DNA of 48,466 nt, taken from Pseudomonadota bacterium (lineage in GTDB: Bacteria > Bdellovibrionota > FAC87 > UBA2466). The notes under the pieces were generated by a model. It was given only the letters and a program-made list of their open reading frames with translations. It did not search any database and was not told where the DNA came from. A program made the translations under genes and the position numbers. The stretch lies in NCBI GenBank assembly GCA_043718025.1, contig JAYSWN010000189.1, positions 1-48,466 on the forward strand, read 5' to 3'. Positions 36,850 through 44,895 of this stretch are shown here, in pieces; positions within the stretch are counted from its first letter, which is position 1; every line of letters starts with the position of its first letter.

Positions 36850-37885
36850 GCTTGATTCCAGAGTGCTCGACCTACGCGTCGAAAAAGAGGAAGTGCGCAG
36901 CGAAAACGCGCTTCGCCCGCGCCAGCTTGCCGAATTTATCGGGCAGGCCGAGCTGAAAGAAAAACTTTCGATCTTTGTAGACGCCGCCCGTGGACGCCAA
37001 GAGGCCCTAGATCACACTCTGTTTTGCGGCCCCCCGGGCCTTGGAAAAACGTCACTCGCCCACGTGATTGCGCGTGAAATGGGCGTGGGTTTGCTGGCCA
37101 CTTCGGGACCCGCGTTAGAAAGGGCCGGAGATCTCGCCGCCATTCTCACCAGCCTTAGTCCGCGCGATGTTTTGTTTATCGATGAGATTCACCGGCTAAA
37201 CCGGGTGGTGGAAGAGGCCCTCTACCCCGCCCTCGAAGATTTTAGGCTAGACATCGTCATTGGCGAAGGCCCCGGCGCTCGCGTAGTGCAGATTCCGTTG
37301 CCAGCCTTTACTTTAATCGGCGCCACGACGCGCGCCGGTTTGCTTACGTCGCCGTTGCGCGATCGTTTCGGGGTGGTCGAGCGGCTCGATTACTACAACG
37401 CCGAAGAACTTAAATTGATTCTCGCACGCTCCGCCGGAATTTTAGGCTGCCGTTTCGAAATGGATGGCATTGGCGAAATTAGTACCCGTGCGCGGGGCAC
37501 GCCCCGCATCGCCAACCGTTTGCTGCGCCGGGTGCGTGACTTTGCCGAAATTCGCGGCGATGGCACCGTCACTCAGAGTACCGCTCGAGCGGCGCTCGAC
37601 ATGCTTAAGGTAGATCGCAAAGGGCTTGATCTGATGGATCGCCGTTTTCTTAGCACCATCATCGAAAAGTTTGGCGGCGGCCCGGTAGGCATCGAAACTA
37701 TGGCCTCGGCGCTCAGTGAAGAACGTGAAACGCTAGAAGACATGTACGAGCCGTATTTAATTCAAATGGGTTTTGTAAATCGCACTCCACGCGGCAGAAC
37801 CGCCACCGAAGCCGCGTACGAGCACTTGGGCATTGCCAAAGTGAAATCGGCACGTGCCACCGATCCAGAACTTCCGCTTTTTTAA
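36842..37885 (+). CDS. ruvB: Holliday junction branch migration helicase RuvB
   Basis: [43 protein letters not shown]. Confidence 0.97.
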   Translation: MDELDSRVLDLRVEKEEVRSENALRPRQLAEFIGQAELKEKLSIFVDAARGRQEALDHTLFCGPPGLGKTSLAHVIAREMGVGLLATSGPALERAGDLAAILTSLSPRDVLFIDEIHRLNRVVEEALYPALEDFRLDIVIGEGPGARVVQIPLPAFTLIGATTRAGLLTSPLRDRFGVVERLDYYNAEELKLILARSAGILGCRFEMDGIGEISTRARGTPRIANRLLRRVRDFAEIRGDGTVTQSTARAALDMLKVDRKGLDLMDRRFLSTIIEKFGGGPVGIETMASALSEERETLEDMYEPYLIQMGFVNRTPRGRTATEAAYEHLGIAKVKSARATDPELPLF

Positions 37886-37924
37886 ATCTGGAGTTTCCTT
37901 TTCTCCGGCATGGTAGACCGCAAA

Positions 37925-38434
37925 TTAATTACTTGCCTCAACTTCACCGGTGGCGATCGTGCGGGGAGTTCTTGCGGTGCCGGCAAGTTCGCGCGCGCCA
38001 CGCACCGAAGCCGGACGAATTACCCCTTGGCCGGCGTCTAAGGGCGAACTACCCGAAGCAATGGCCCGTTCACTTGCCCTTGCGGCCGGCGATCCGCCGG
38101 GAGAAAGCCGGGAATTCTTACCCATGACGGCCCTAAAATCTGGGCTACTGGCCGCCAGCGAATCAAAGTCGATCCCTTTTTTCTTTGGGTCACCCTTTAG
38201 GGCCTGGGGCATGGCGACTTGCGGCGCGGTGGCTAGGTTTGGCGCTGAATCAAAAGTGGGTGAGCTGCTACTAGGCGGCGAGTAATTGGAGGATCCGCTT
38301 GAACCCTGACTCGACGTGGACGAGCTAGAAGAAAACTCAGAAGGTTTAGTGGTGCATCCGCCCGATCCGCAGGCCCACGCCGGCGCACTGGTGAATACGC
38401 CCACTGCAATTAATACACGAATTAAGCTTGGCAT
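37925..38434 (-). CDS. Secreted Ser/Gly-rich, likely disordered protein
   Basis: G-rich RBS; signal peptide ending AWA; mature start CGSGGC; poly-Ser tract; own sigma-54-type promoter. Confidence 0.7.
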   Translation of the reverse strand: MPSLIRVLIAVGVFTSAPAWACGSGGCTTKPSEFSSSSSTSSQGSSGSSNYSPPSSSSPTFDSAPNLATAPQVAMPQALKGDPKKKGIDFDSLAASSPDFRAVMGKNSRLSPGGSPAARASERAIASGSSPLDAGQGVIRPASVRGARELAGTARTPRTIATGEVEASN

Positions 38435-38470
38435 TGATCCCCCCCCGGGTTTGCCTCATTTAACTAATGA

Positions 38471-38487
38471 TGCATAACTGCGTCCAG
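38471..38487 (-). promoter_or_regulatory. Putative sigma-54 promoter
   Basis: Minus strand CTGGACGCAGTTATGCA has GG-N10-GC spacing, 37 bp upstream of ATG 38434. Confidence 0.6.
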
Positions 38488-38522
38488 GCCACAGTTAGAA
38501 TACATCTAAAATAAATGTTTAA

Positions 38523-38535
38523 AATCAGCTGTTTA
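38523..38535 (+). promoter_or_regulatory. IHF binding site
   Basis: AATCAGCTGTTTA matches WATCARNNNNTTR exactly, preceded by an AT-rich tract, and lies between the promoter and a palindrome. Confidence 0.6.
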
Positions 38536-38557
38536 ACCGCTTCGCTCGGCTGTTTTC

Positions 38558-38582
38558 CGTCTAACCCTTAGTCGCTTAGACG
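38558..38582. promoter_or_regulatory. Palindromic putative activator site
   Basis: CGTCTAA-N11-TTAGACG, centred about -110 from the predicted TSS. Confidence 0.45.
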
Positions 38583-38638
38583 CGCCATTGCCAGAGACGT
38601 GGCTCTTTCCCTTAAAAGTTGGCGGTACGCTCCCCACC

Positions 38639-38672
38639 CGTCCTTGCGAGCCACGAAGTGGCGCGGCAATCC
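38639..38672 (+). repeat. CGTC-tagged REP-like palindrome (left copy)
   Basis: CGTC-CTTGCGA-GCCAC-GAA-GTGGC-GCGGCAATCC. Confidence 0.8.
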
Positions 38673-38679
38673 TTGACCG

Positions 38680-38793
38680 ATGATTGATGAGAGACAGAGT
38701 TTTACTTACATTATGGCGAATTGGACCGGTAGCGTCCTTTACACTGGCGTTACCAACAATTTTCAATGGAATGACCCTTATTCCACCGTGTGA
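38680..38793 (+). pseudogene. Internally deleted GIY-YIG nuclease gene
   Basis: Translates as MIDERQSFTYIMANWTGSVLYTGVTNNFQWNDPYSTV*. The YIM-N...LYTGVTN motif is joined directly to a W-D-Y tail, and the catalytic Arg/His/Glu region is missing. Confidence 0.8.
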
Positions 38794-38825
38794 GGATTGC
38801 TTCGGCCTGCGGCCTCGCAAAGACG
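38794..38825 (-). repeat. CGTC-tagged REP-like palindrome (right, inverted copy)
   Basis: Reverse complement reads CGTC-TTTGCGA-GGCC-GCA-GGCC-GAAGCAATCC; begins on the base right after the TGA. Confidence 0.8.
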
Positions 38826-38899
38826 AGAGGAATAACACGTCTACTAAAAGAGGATAGAACCCAGAGACATAACCCAAAGAAGGCACTACAATTTCCAGA

Positions 38900-39595
38900 A
38901 TGGACCGCGCTCGCAAACGGAAAAAGTGGGGCATTTACCTAGGCGCCGCCGTGATTTCGGCCTCCGCGTTTAGCGAGCCCTACGCTCGCCCGCTGCCGGC
39001 TCCTGATCCCAGGCCCTCGATAGAAAGCGACGAACCCGCGCACTACCGTAGCAGCCGCCTTCAGTTTTCCACGGAACTCTCGATGCTTTCCCCTACGATT
39101 TTCGAAGGGGAAAGCACACGAATCGAAAAAGCTCTCGGCGGGATACCGGTTATCTCGATGGGCGTTAAAATTCCGCTATTCCAGCGCGGGCAGTTTCAGT
39201 TTCACGGTGAAGCGACGGTGGGGTTTGGTACCAACGGCGGTAGTTTCCAAGTCAGCGCCGGAGATCTTAGCTACGCCGAAAACGCTCAACTGCTCTGGGT
39301 TCCGGTTACCGTTTCGTTTGCAACCGATTATGAAATTGCGGGTTTGCCGTTCATAAAACCAATGCTTTCGATTGGCGTTGGTGGCCACTTTTTATCGCAA
39401 AAAATTGCGAGCGGACGAAACCGCGACATCCTTGCGCCGTTTTTCAGTGTGCGGCCGCACCTCATGTTTCTACAGAACTCAGACCCTAATGGCTGGTTCG
39501 GCGGGTTTAGTTTCGGCATTAGCCGCTTATGGAGCGCAGGCCCCAGCCGCGTCAGCGCCTCTTCCATCGACATGGCTTTCCTTTTTAACCTCTAG
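38900..39595 (+). CDS. Hypothetical outer-membrane beta-barrel-like protein
   Basis: Signal peptide ending AFS; Pro-rich linker; amphipathic strands (IKPMLSIGVGG); ends AFLFNL. Confidence 0.65.
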   Translation: MDRARKRKKWGIYLGAAVISASAFSEPYARPLPAPDPRPSIESDEPAHYRSSRLQFSTELSMLSPTIFEGESTRIEKALGGIPVISMGVKIPLFQRGQFQFHGEATVGFGTNGGSFQVSAGDLSYAENAQLLWVPVTVSFATDYEIAGLPFIKPMLSIGVGGHFLSQKIASGRNRDILAPFFSVRPHLMFLQNSDPNGWFGGFSFGISRLWSAGPSRVSASSIDMAFLFNL

Positions 39596-39642
39596 AATAG
39601 AAGCAAGACCTCAATTAATTCAGAGCTTTTGCCGCTCGCCCC

Positions 39643-39670
39643 TTGATGATGGGAAAAGCATCACTATACT
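39643..39670 (+). promoter_or_regulatory. Putative sigma-70-type promoter for htpX
   Basis: TTGATG-16 bp-TATACT. Confidence 0.45.
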
Positions 39671-39699
39671 GCGGCCTTAACGTCTACTTATCGTAAGGA

Positions 39700-40635
39700 G
39701 TGAACGTGGCCTTCGCAAAACGAACTTTTCTTTTTATCATCGTGAACCTTTTGGTGATTATCACCATCAGCATCACCGCCAATTTGATCATGGGCGCACT
39801 GGGTATATCGCCAGCCTATCTTTCAAACGGTGGACTAGACATGGGCAGCCTGCTGGCGCTGTGCGCTATTTTTGGCTTCACCGGCGCTTTTATCTCGCTA
39901 GCCCTCTCCCGTGTGATGGCGAAGTGGATGATGGGCGTAAAGGTCATTGACCCACAATCGGCTTCGGGCTTCCAACGTGAATTGCTTTTACGCGTGCACC
40001 GGCTCGCTCAAAAAGCAGGTCTAGGCGTGATGCCCGAAGTTGGCATTTACGAGAGCCCCGAAGTGAATGCGTTTGCCACCGGCCCCACCAGAAACCGCGC
40101 TTTGGTAGCGGTGTCGTCAGGGCTTTTACAACGTATGGATGAGTCAGCGGTGGAAGGCGTGCTCGCCCACGAAATTTCCCACGTTGCCAACGGTGACATG
40201 GTCACCATGACCCTGCTGCAAGGCGTAGTGAATACCTTCACCATGTTCCTAGCGCGTGTTTTTGCTTGGCTGGCTTCGCAAGCGATGGCCGGAAACCGCG
40301 ACAGTGAAGACCGCGGTGGTAGTTCCATGATGCACTTCGTGTTTGTGATTATCTTTGAAATTGCTTTCAGTCTGTTGGGCGCCATCGTGGTGGCTTGGTA
40401 CTCGCGCCGCCGTGAATTCCGGGCCGATGAGGGCGGAGCTAAATTTGCCGGCCGTGAAAAAATGATTCGCGCTTTACAGGCTTTGAAGTCGCAGGTTGAA
40501 ACCGTAGATAACCGGGCACCCGCCTTAGCGTCGTTTAAAATTAACGGCCGTCGGGGTGGCCTAATGGCGCTGTTTTCGAGCCATCCAGATTTGGATGTTC
40601 GCATCGCCGCATTGCAAGCAACAGGAAACCGCTAA
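39700..40635 (+). CDS. htpX: Zinc metalloprotease HtpX
   Basis: NAFATG, HEISHVANGDMVTMTLLQG, SRRREFRAD, SHP; AAGGA RBS. Confidence 0.96.
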   Translation: MNVAFAKRTFLFIIVNLLVIITISITANLIMGALGISPAYLSNGGLDMGSLLALCAIFGFTGAFISLALSRVMAKWMMGVKVIDPQSASGFQRELLLRVHRLAQKAGLGVMPEVGIYESPEVNAFATGPTRNRALVAVSSGLLQRMDESAVEGVLAHEISHVANGDMVTMTLLQGVVNTFTMFLARVFAWLASQAMAGNRDSEDRGGSSMMHFVFVIIFEIAFSLLGAIVVAWYSRRREFRADEGGAKFAGREKMIRALQALKSQVETVDNRAPALASFKINGRRGGLMALFSSHPDLDVRIAALQATGNR

Positions 40636-40638
40636 TTC

Positions 40639-41643
40639 ATGTCCAAAAAAGTGATGCTGTCGGCAGTGCAGCCAACAAATAAGCTGCACCTGGGAAATTA
40701 TTTGGGCGCCATCCGTAATTGGGTAACGCTTCAGACTCAGTACGATTGCGTTTTTTTCGCGGTTGATCTGCATGCGCTAACCGTGCGGCAAGATCCGAAA
40801 GAGTTGCGCGAAAACACTTACCGCACCATCGCCACTTATCTCGCGGCGGGGCTAGACCCTAAAGCCTGCACTTTTTTTGCCCAGTCGCACGTACCCGAGC
40901 ACGCCGAGCTCGCCTGGGTGCTCACCTGCTTTACGGGAATGGGGGAACTGGCTCGCATGACCCAGTTCAAAGATAAGAGTGGCAGCAAAGGTGACTCGGT
41001 CGGTTCAGGGTTGTTCACCTATCCGGCCCTAATGGCCGCCGATATTCTGCTCTACAAAGCCAATCTGGTACCGGTGGGCCAAGATCAAAAGCAGCACTTA
41101 GAGCTGACGCGGGATTTGGCGGAGCGATTAAACACGTTTTTGGGCGAACCGATATTTCCCATTCCCGAGGTTTACATTGCGCCCACGGCCTCCCGGGTAA
41201 TGAGTTTGCTCAACCCCGAAGCAAAAATGTCGAAGTCGGATGAAAACGGGCAGTCGGCTATTTTTATGTCGGACACCGATGATGAGATCCGCAAAAAGTT
41301 TAAACGCGCGGTGACTGACTCTTTACCGGCCGTAGCCGAGAAAGACATCTCTCCGGGGGTGCAGAACCTGTTGCAGATTCAGTCGGCGCTTAAAGGGGTT
41401 AAAACCGAAGAGATTCATAAAGCGTACGTCGGCCGCCAGTATGGCTACCTCAAACTCGAAACCGCTGAAATCGTAGTGGACGCGCTGCGCCCAATCCGTG
41501 AAAAGATCACTGCGTTAATGAACGACAAAACTGAGCTCGACCGTCTCATTAGTGAGGGGGGAGAAAGGGCTCGAGCCCGTGCCGGTAAAACCATCTCGCA
41601 AGTCTATGACAAATTGGGGCTTTTACCTCGTTTTGGCAGTTGA
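40639..41643 (+). CDS. trpS: Tryptophan--tRNA ligase
   Basis: HLGNYLGA, YPALMAADIL, VPVGQDQKQHLE, KMSKS. Confidence 0.97.
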   Translation: MSKKVMLSAVQPTNKLHLGNYLGAIRNWVTLQTQYDCVFFAVDLHALTVRQDPKELRENTYRTIATYLAAGLDPKACTFFAQSHVPEHAELAWVLTCFTGMGELARMTQFKDKSGSKGDSVGSGLFTYPALMAADILLYKANLVPVGQDQKQHLELTRDLAERLNTFLGEPIFPIPEVYIAPTASRVMSLLNPEAKMSKSDENGQSAIFMSDTDDEIRKKFKRAVTDSLPAVAEKDISPGVQNLLQIQSALKGVKTEEIHKAYVGRQYGYLKLETAEIVVDALRPIREKITALMNDKTELDRLISEGGERARARAGKTISQVYDKLGLLPRFGS

Positions 41644-41661
41644 AGACGTCAGTGGTATAAC
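41633..41661 (+). promoter_or_regulatory. Putative internal sigma-70 promoter for scpAB
   Basis: TTGGCA-17 bp-TATAAC with an extended -10 TGn; ATG only 9 nt downstream. Confidence 0.5.
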
Positions 41662-41669
41662 TGCTTTCA

Positions 41670-42524
41670 ATGTCCACCCCACAAATGCATTCAGGCATCG
41701 GTCTCAAAGACCTCGATCAGGCGTTTGAAAACGTTAAGGCCGTCGACAGCCAAAAGACGGGTGGTTTTGAAGAGGATTATAAAATCCTGCTTCCGAACTT
41801 CGAAGGCCCGTTAGATCTACTGCTCCACTTGATCCGCCGCGAACAGATCAACATCTACGACATTCCCATCTCGCGTATCTGCGAAAACTATTTAACGTTT
41901 TTAGATGCGATGGAACAACCCGACTGTAACTTGGCGGGCGAGTTCATGGTGATGGCGGCAACGCTCACCTATCTAAAATCGTTGATGTTGCTGCCTAAAG
42001 AAGAAGAGGCGGCCGACGCCGATCCACGGTTGCCGCTGGTGCAAAAACTTTTAGAGTATGAGCAGTTCAAATTGGCCGCTTTAGCGCTCGACAAGCGCGA
42101 ATGGCTAGAGCGTGACTATTATCCGAAGGGGCCTGGTTCTACCGCCGACATACTTCCGCCCGAAAGTTTGCTCTCGGCGCCAGTCGATTCCATTGACCCC
42201 TATCAGCTTTTGCTGGGGCTTAAGGCTTCGTTGAGCCGCACTCAACGCAAGCCACTTGAAATTTCAACCGACCCCATTTCAATAAAAGAAAAAGTGTTTC
42301 TGATTGGCGAATTACTAGAATCACAACCTATGTTTGAGTTCCAGCAACTTTTACCCACCGTAAACCGCAAACCAAGAGACGTGGTTGTCACTTTTTTCGC
42401 GATGCTCGAACTGGCCCGCATGAAGTACATCGAAATTTTGCAGACGGATAATTTTGGACCAATTTACATTCGCAGCGTGAGATCGTTACGCGATCTTAAC
42501 GTCACGCTGCTGGATCAATTTTAA
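41670..42524 (+). CDS. scpA: Segregation and condensation protein A (kleisin)
   Basis: FEGPLDLLLHLI, AGEFMVMAATL--LKS--LLP, VVTFFAMLEL. Confidence 0.95.
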   Translation: MSTPQMHSGIGLKDLDQAFENVKAVDSQKTGGFEEDYKILLPNFEGPLDLLLHLIRREQINIYDIPISRICENYLTFLDAMEQPDCNLAGEFMVMAATLTYLKSLMLLPKEEEAADADPRLPLVQKLLEYEQFKLAALALDKREWLERDYYPKGPGSTADILPPESLLSAPVDSIDPYQLLLGLKASLSRTQRKPLEISTDPISIKEKVFLIGELLESQPMFEFQQLLPTVNRKPRDVVVTFFAMLELARMKYIEILQTDNFGPIYIRSVRSLRDLNVTLLDQF

Positions 42525-42535
42525 GAGGGGCACGA

Positions 42536-43582
42536 ATGGATTCTTTGGAGATGTTTTCTTCAATCGAGGCAATTTTATTTGCCGCAGACCGGCCCGTAAG
42601 CGTAGGCCGTTTTATCGAAGTGCTTACCACCGAAGAGGGGACGGGACCGACCGACAGCGAAATCGGCGAAGCTCTCGGTACGATTAAAAGCAAGTTCGAA
42701 GCGCCTGATTTTGGATTTGAGCTGCGTGAAACTCACGGCGGTTATCAGCTCACCACTAAAGCTAAGAACGTCGACGTCGTGCGAAAGTTTTTAGCCACCA
42801 AACCGTTTCGTTTGGGGCGCTCCGCCCTAGAGACTCTCTCGATCGTGGCCTATAGGCAACCGATCACGCGCGCCGAAATTGACGTCATTCGCGGCATCGA
42901 CAGCTCGCATTTACTTCGCACGCTGATCGAACGGGGAATGGTGCGCATGGTAGGTAAAGCCGAGATTCCGGGCCGTCCCGTCGTTTACGGCACCACCACT
43001 AAATTTTTGGAAACCGTCGGCCTAGGCTCGCTGAATGATTTGCCGCCTTTGGCGGAATTGGATCAGTTAGCCGGAGACACTGAAGATCCGATTAAGGCCA
43101 TGGAAAACGGTCTGGATAAATTCATGTCCACCAATACGATGCCCGAAGAAGAGCTGGACCCATCCGAAGGGCTTGAAGAGATCGATAACATGCTGATGAC
43201 CGCGGGCGATTCAGACGGCGAAATTTACGCCTCGGCCGTTCACCGCGAGGCTGGAGAAGAAAACCGCTCGGCCCTAGCCTGTTTCCAAGCAACGATTCCA
43301 AGGGGGCGTAAAGCAAAGGCTACCGCCGAGACTGGTCAGGAGCCCACCATGGAGAGCACCATGCAGGCAGCGGTAGAAAAGGCCACCGAAGCGGCAATCC
43401 AAGCCTCCGAGTCGCTTGGAATTGAAGGCATCACCGAAATTCCCGAAAGCGAAATCCCAATCATTCCCGATGAGCTGATGCAAGTTGCGAACGAGGGCAA
43501 CGCGGAGAACCATCCCGAGCAAATTGAAGAGCCTAAAATTATAACCATCATTAACGATCGCGATGATGGGCTTTTAAATTAG
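42536..43582 (+). CDS. scpB: Segregation and condensation protein B with long acidic C-terminal tail
   Basis: IEAILFA, LETLSIVAYRQPITRAEI--IRG, GRPVVYGTT-KFL, LPPL. Confidence 0.95.
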   Translation: MDSLEMFSSIEAILFAADRPVSVGRFIEVLTTEEGTGPTDSEIGEALGTIKSKFEAPDFGFELRETHGGYQLTTKAKNVDVVRKFLATKPFRLGRSALETLSIVAYRQPITRAEIDVIRGIDSSHLLRTLIERGMVRMVGKAEIPGRPVVYGTTTKFLETVGLGSLNDLPPLAELDQLAGDTEDPIKAMENGLDKFMSTNTMPEEELDPSEGLEEIDNMLMTAGDSDGEIYASAVHREAGEENRSALACFQATIPRGRKAKATAETGQEPTMESTMQAAVEKATEAAIQASESLGIEGITEIPESEIPIIPDELMQVANEGNAENHPEQIEEPKIITIINDRDDGLLN

Positions 43583-43592
43583 TTAGCTACTG

Positions 43593-44186
43593 ATGCCGCA
43601 AAACCACCCCTTCGATGTTTGGCTTCTCCGTTCGATCAACATCGGGCTAGGCCATCCGTTTCTCGATCCGGTGATGCGTTTTTTTAGCAGTGATGAAATC
43701 TGGATGGTGGTTGCCGCTGGCTTACTCTGGTGGACCGCAAAGCACTTTAACCGTCGCACCGTGGTGCTGTTATTCTCACTTATCGTGGCCGTAGTGCTGA
43801 CTGACTTCCTTTGCCATAGCGCCATAAAAGTTATTTTTGCGCGAGAACGCGGCCGACCGTGCTTCATCTTGCCTTGGGTGCGTCTGGTTATGCCCAAGTG
43901 TGGAAATTGGTTTTCATTTCCTTCTAACCACGCGGCGAACAGCATGTGCGTTGCCGCCTTCATCGTGAAAATGACCCCAAGCAAGTCTGGCGGTCGGCTT
44001 GCCGTCCTTATCGCGGCGCTGATTGGTTTCAGCCGGATTTACGTAGGTGTGCACTTTCCCTCCGATGTTATGGCCGGGGCCTCGCTAGGTGCCTTCTTCG
44101 GCATCTTATTTTTTCATCTCGGATCACGATTTGACAGCTGGCTTCAAGCCCGCGCGCTGACCACGAAACAGCGCACAGTTCACTAA
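43593..44186 (+). CDS. PAP2 family membrane phosphatase
   Basis: K...RP, SFPSNHA, SRIYVGVHFPSDV. Confidence 0.92.
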   Translation: MPQNHPFDVWLLRSINIGLGHPFLDPVMRFFSSDEIWMVVAAGLLWWTAKHFNRRTVVLLFSLIVAVVLTDFLCHSAIKVIFARERGRPCFILPWVRLVMPKCGNWFSFPSNHAANSMCVAAFIVKMTPSKSGGRLAVLIAALIGFSRIYVGVHFPSDVMAGASLGAFFGILFFHLGSRFDSWLQARALTTKQRTVH

Positions 44187-44213
44187 AACGCCGGAGAAAG
44201 TAATTCTCCGGCG
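44185..44213 (-). terminator. Terminator hairpin between convergent genes
   Basis: CGCCGGAGAA-AGTAA-TTCTCCGGCG perfect 10-bp stem; AAAA on the left gives a minus-strand U-tract. Confidence 0.7.
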
Positions 44214-44231
44214 GCATCGATTAAGCAAAAT

Positions 44232-44693
44232 TTAGTTCACTTTTTTCCGACTGCAATAAACCTTCGCGCTGCCGCCAAAGTGATCCTTGATATAAGTAAA
44301 CACTAGGTGGGCCTCGAATCGCGTCTTTTTTTCTAGGCTTGCCGGATAGATCAGTTCCACCTTACCGAGTTCGGAAGGCAGACTAAACTGAACGTGGCCG
44401 AGATATTTTCTGGGCTTGTAATTGGCGTTGTAATCTAACGACTGTCCCTTGATCTCTTCGTTAGCCCACACTTCCCCCTCTTGATCATAGACGGTATAGC
44501 CTACTGAATAGTCTTCAAGGGTGTACGGTTTTCCCGAACGCCCGGTCACTAAGCCCTTCACCGCAGCGCCAATTGAGTAACTACCCTGGGTCTCGTGTTT
44601 TTTAACTCCACAGCTAATTTTATAAGTTGGAGGATCCGCCGCCAAAGAAATGACAGAAAAGATCCCGAGAACAAACACACTTACTGCTTTCAT
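44232..44693 (-). CDS. Hypothetical secreted protein
   Basis: GGGGG RBS; signal peptide ending SLA; one Cys near each end of the mature chain. Confidence 0.75.
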   Translation of the reverse strand: MKAVSVFVLGIFSVISLAADPPTYKISCGVKKHETQGSYSIGAAVKGLVTGRSGKPYTLEDYSVGYTVYDQEGEVWANEEIKGQSLDYNANYKPRKYLGHVQFSLPSELGKVELIYPASLEKKTRFEAHLVFTYIKDHFGGSAKVYCSRKKVN

Positions 44694-44895
44694 CGTAATA
44701 CCCCCATTAAGATTGTTAAGTGTCTTAAGCTTCTTTTACGGATTATAAAAATCTCGTCAAGCACGCCAGAACGGTTTTGGAGAAAGGGTGTGAACAAAGA
44801 AATTCACTTCTATCCCCTATGCCTATTCAAATACTGATTCGGTTGCCCAAACGACTTCGGCGGGAGCTAGGAAAATGCATTTAGATGTAGCGCAA

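Larger units (their letters stand above)
38639..38825. mobile_element. Miniature REP-flanked element carrying a GIY-YIG remnant
   Basis: An inverted pair of CGTC-tagged palindromes encloses a 37-codon ORF with GIY-YIG N- and C-terminal motifs. Confidence 0.65.

Noticed and set aside
38595..38842. Outer 7-bp inverted repeat AGACGTG/CACGTCT around the REP element as terminal inverted repeats
   Set aside because: Short, asymmetrically placed and without an evident target duplication; cannot be distinguished from chance
38533..38934. 133-aa minus-strand ORF across the ruvB-htpX intergenic region
   Set aside because: No RBS or protein-like features. It reads through the REP palindromes (SLRGRRPKQS, RIAAPLRGSQ) and the regulatory sites, which explain the region better.
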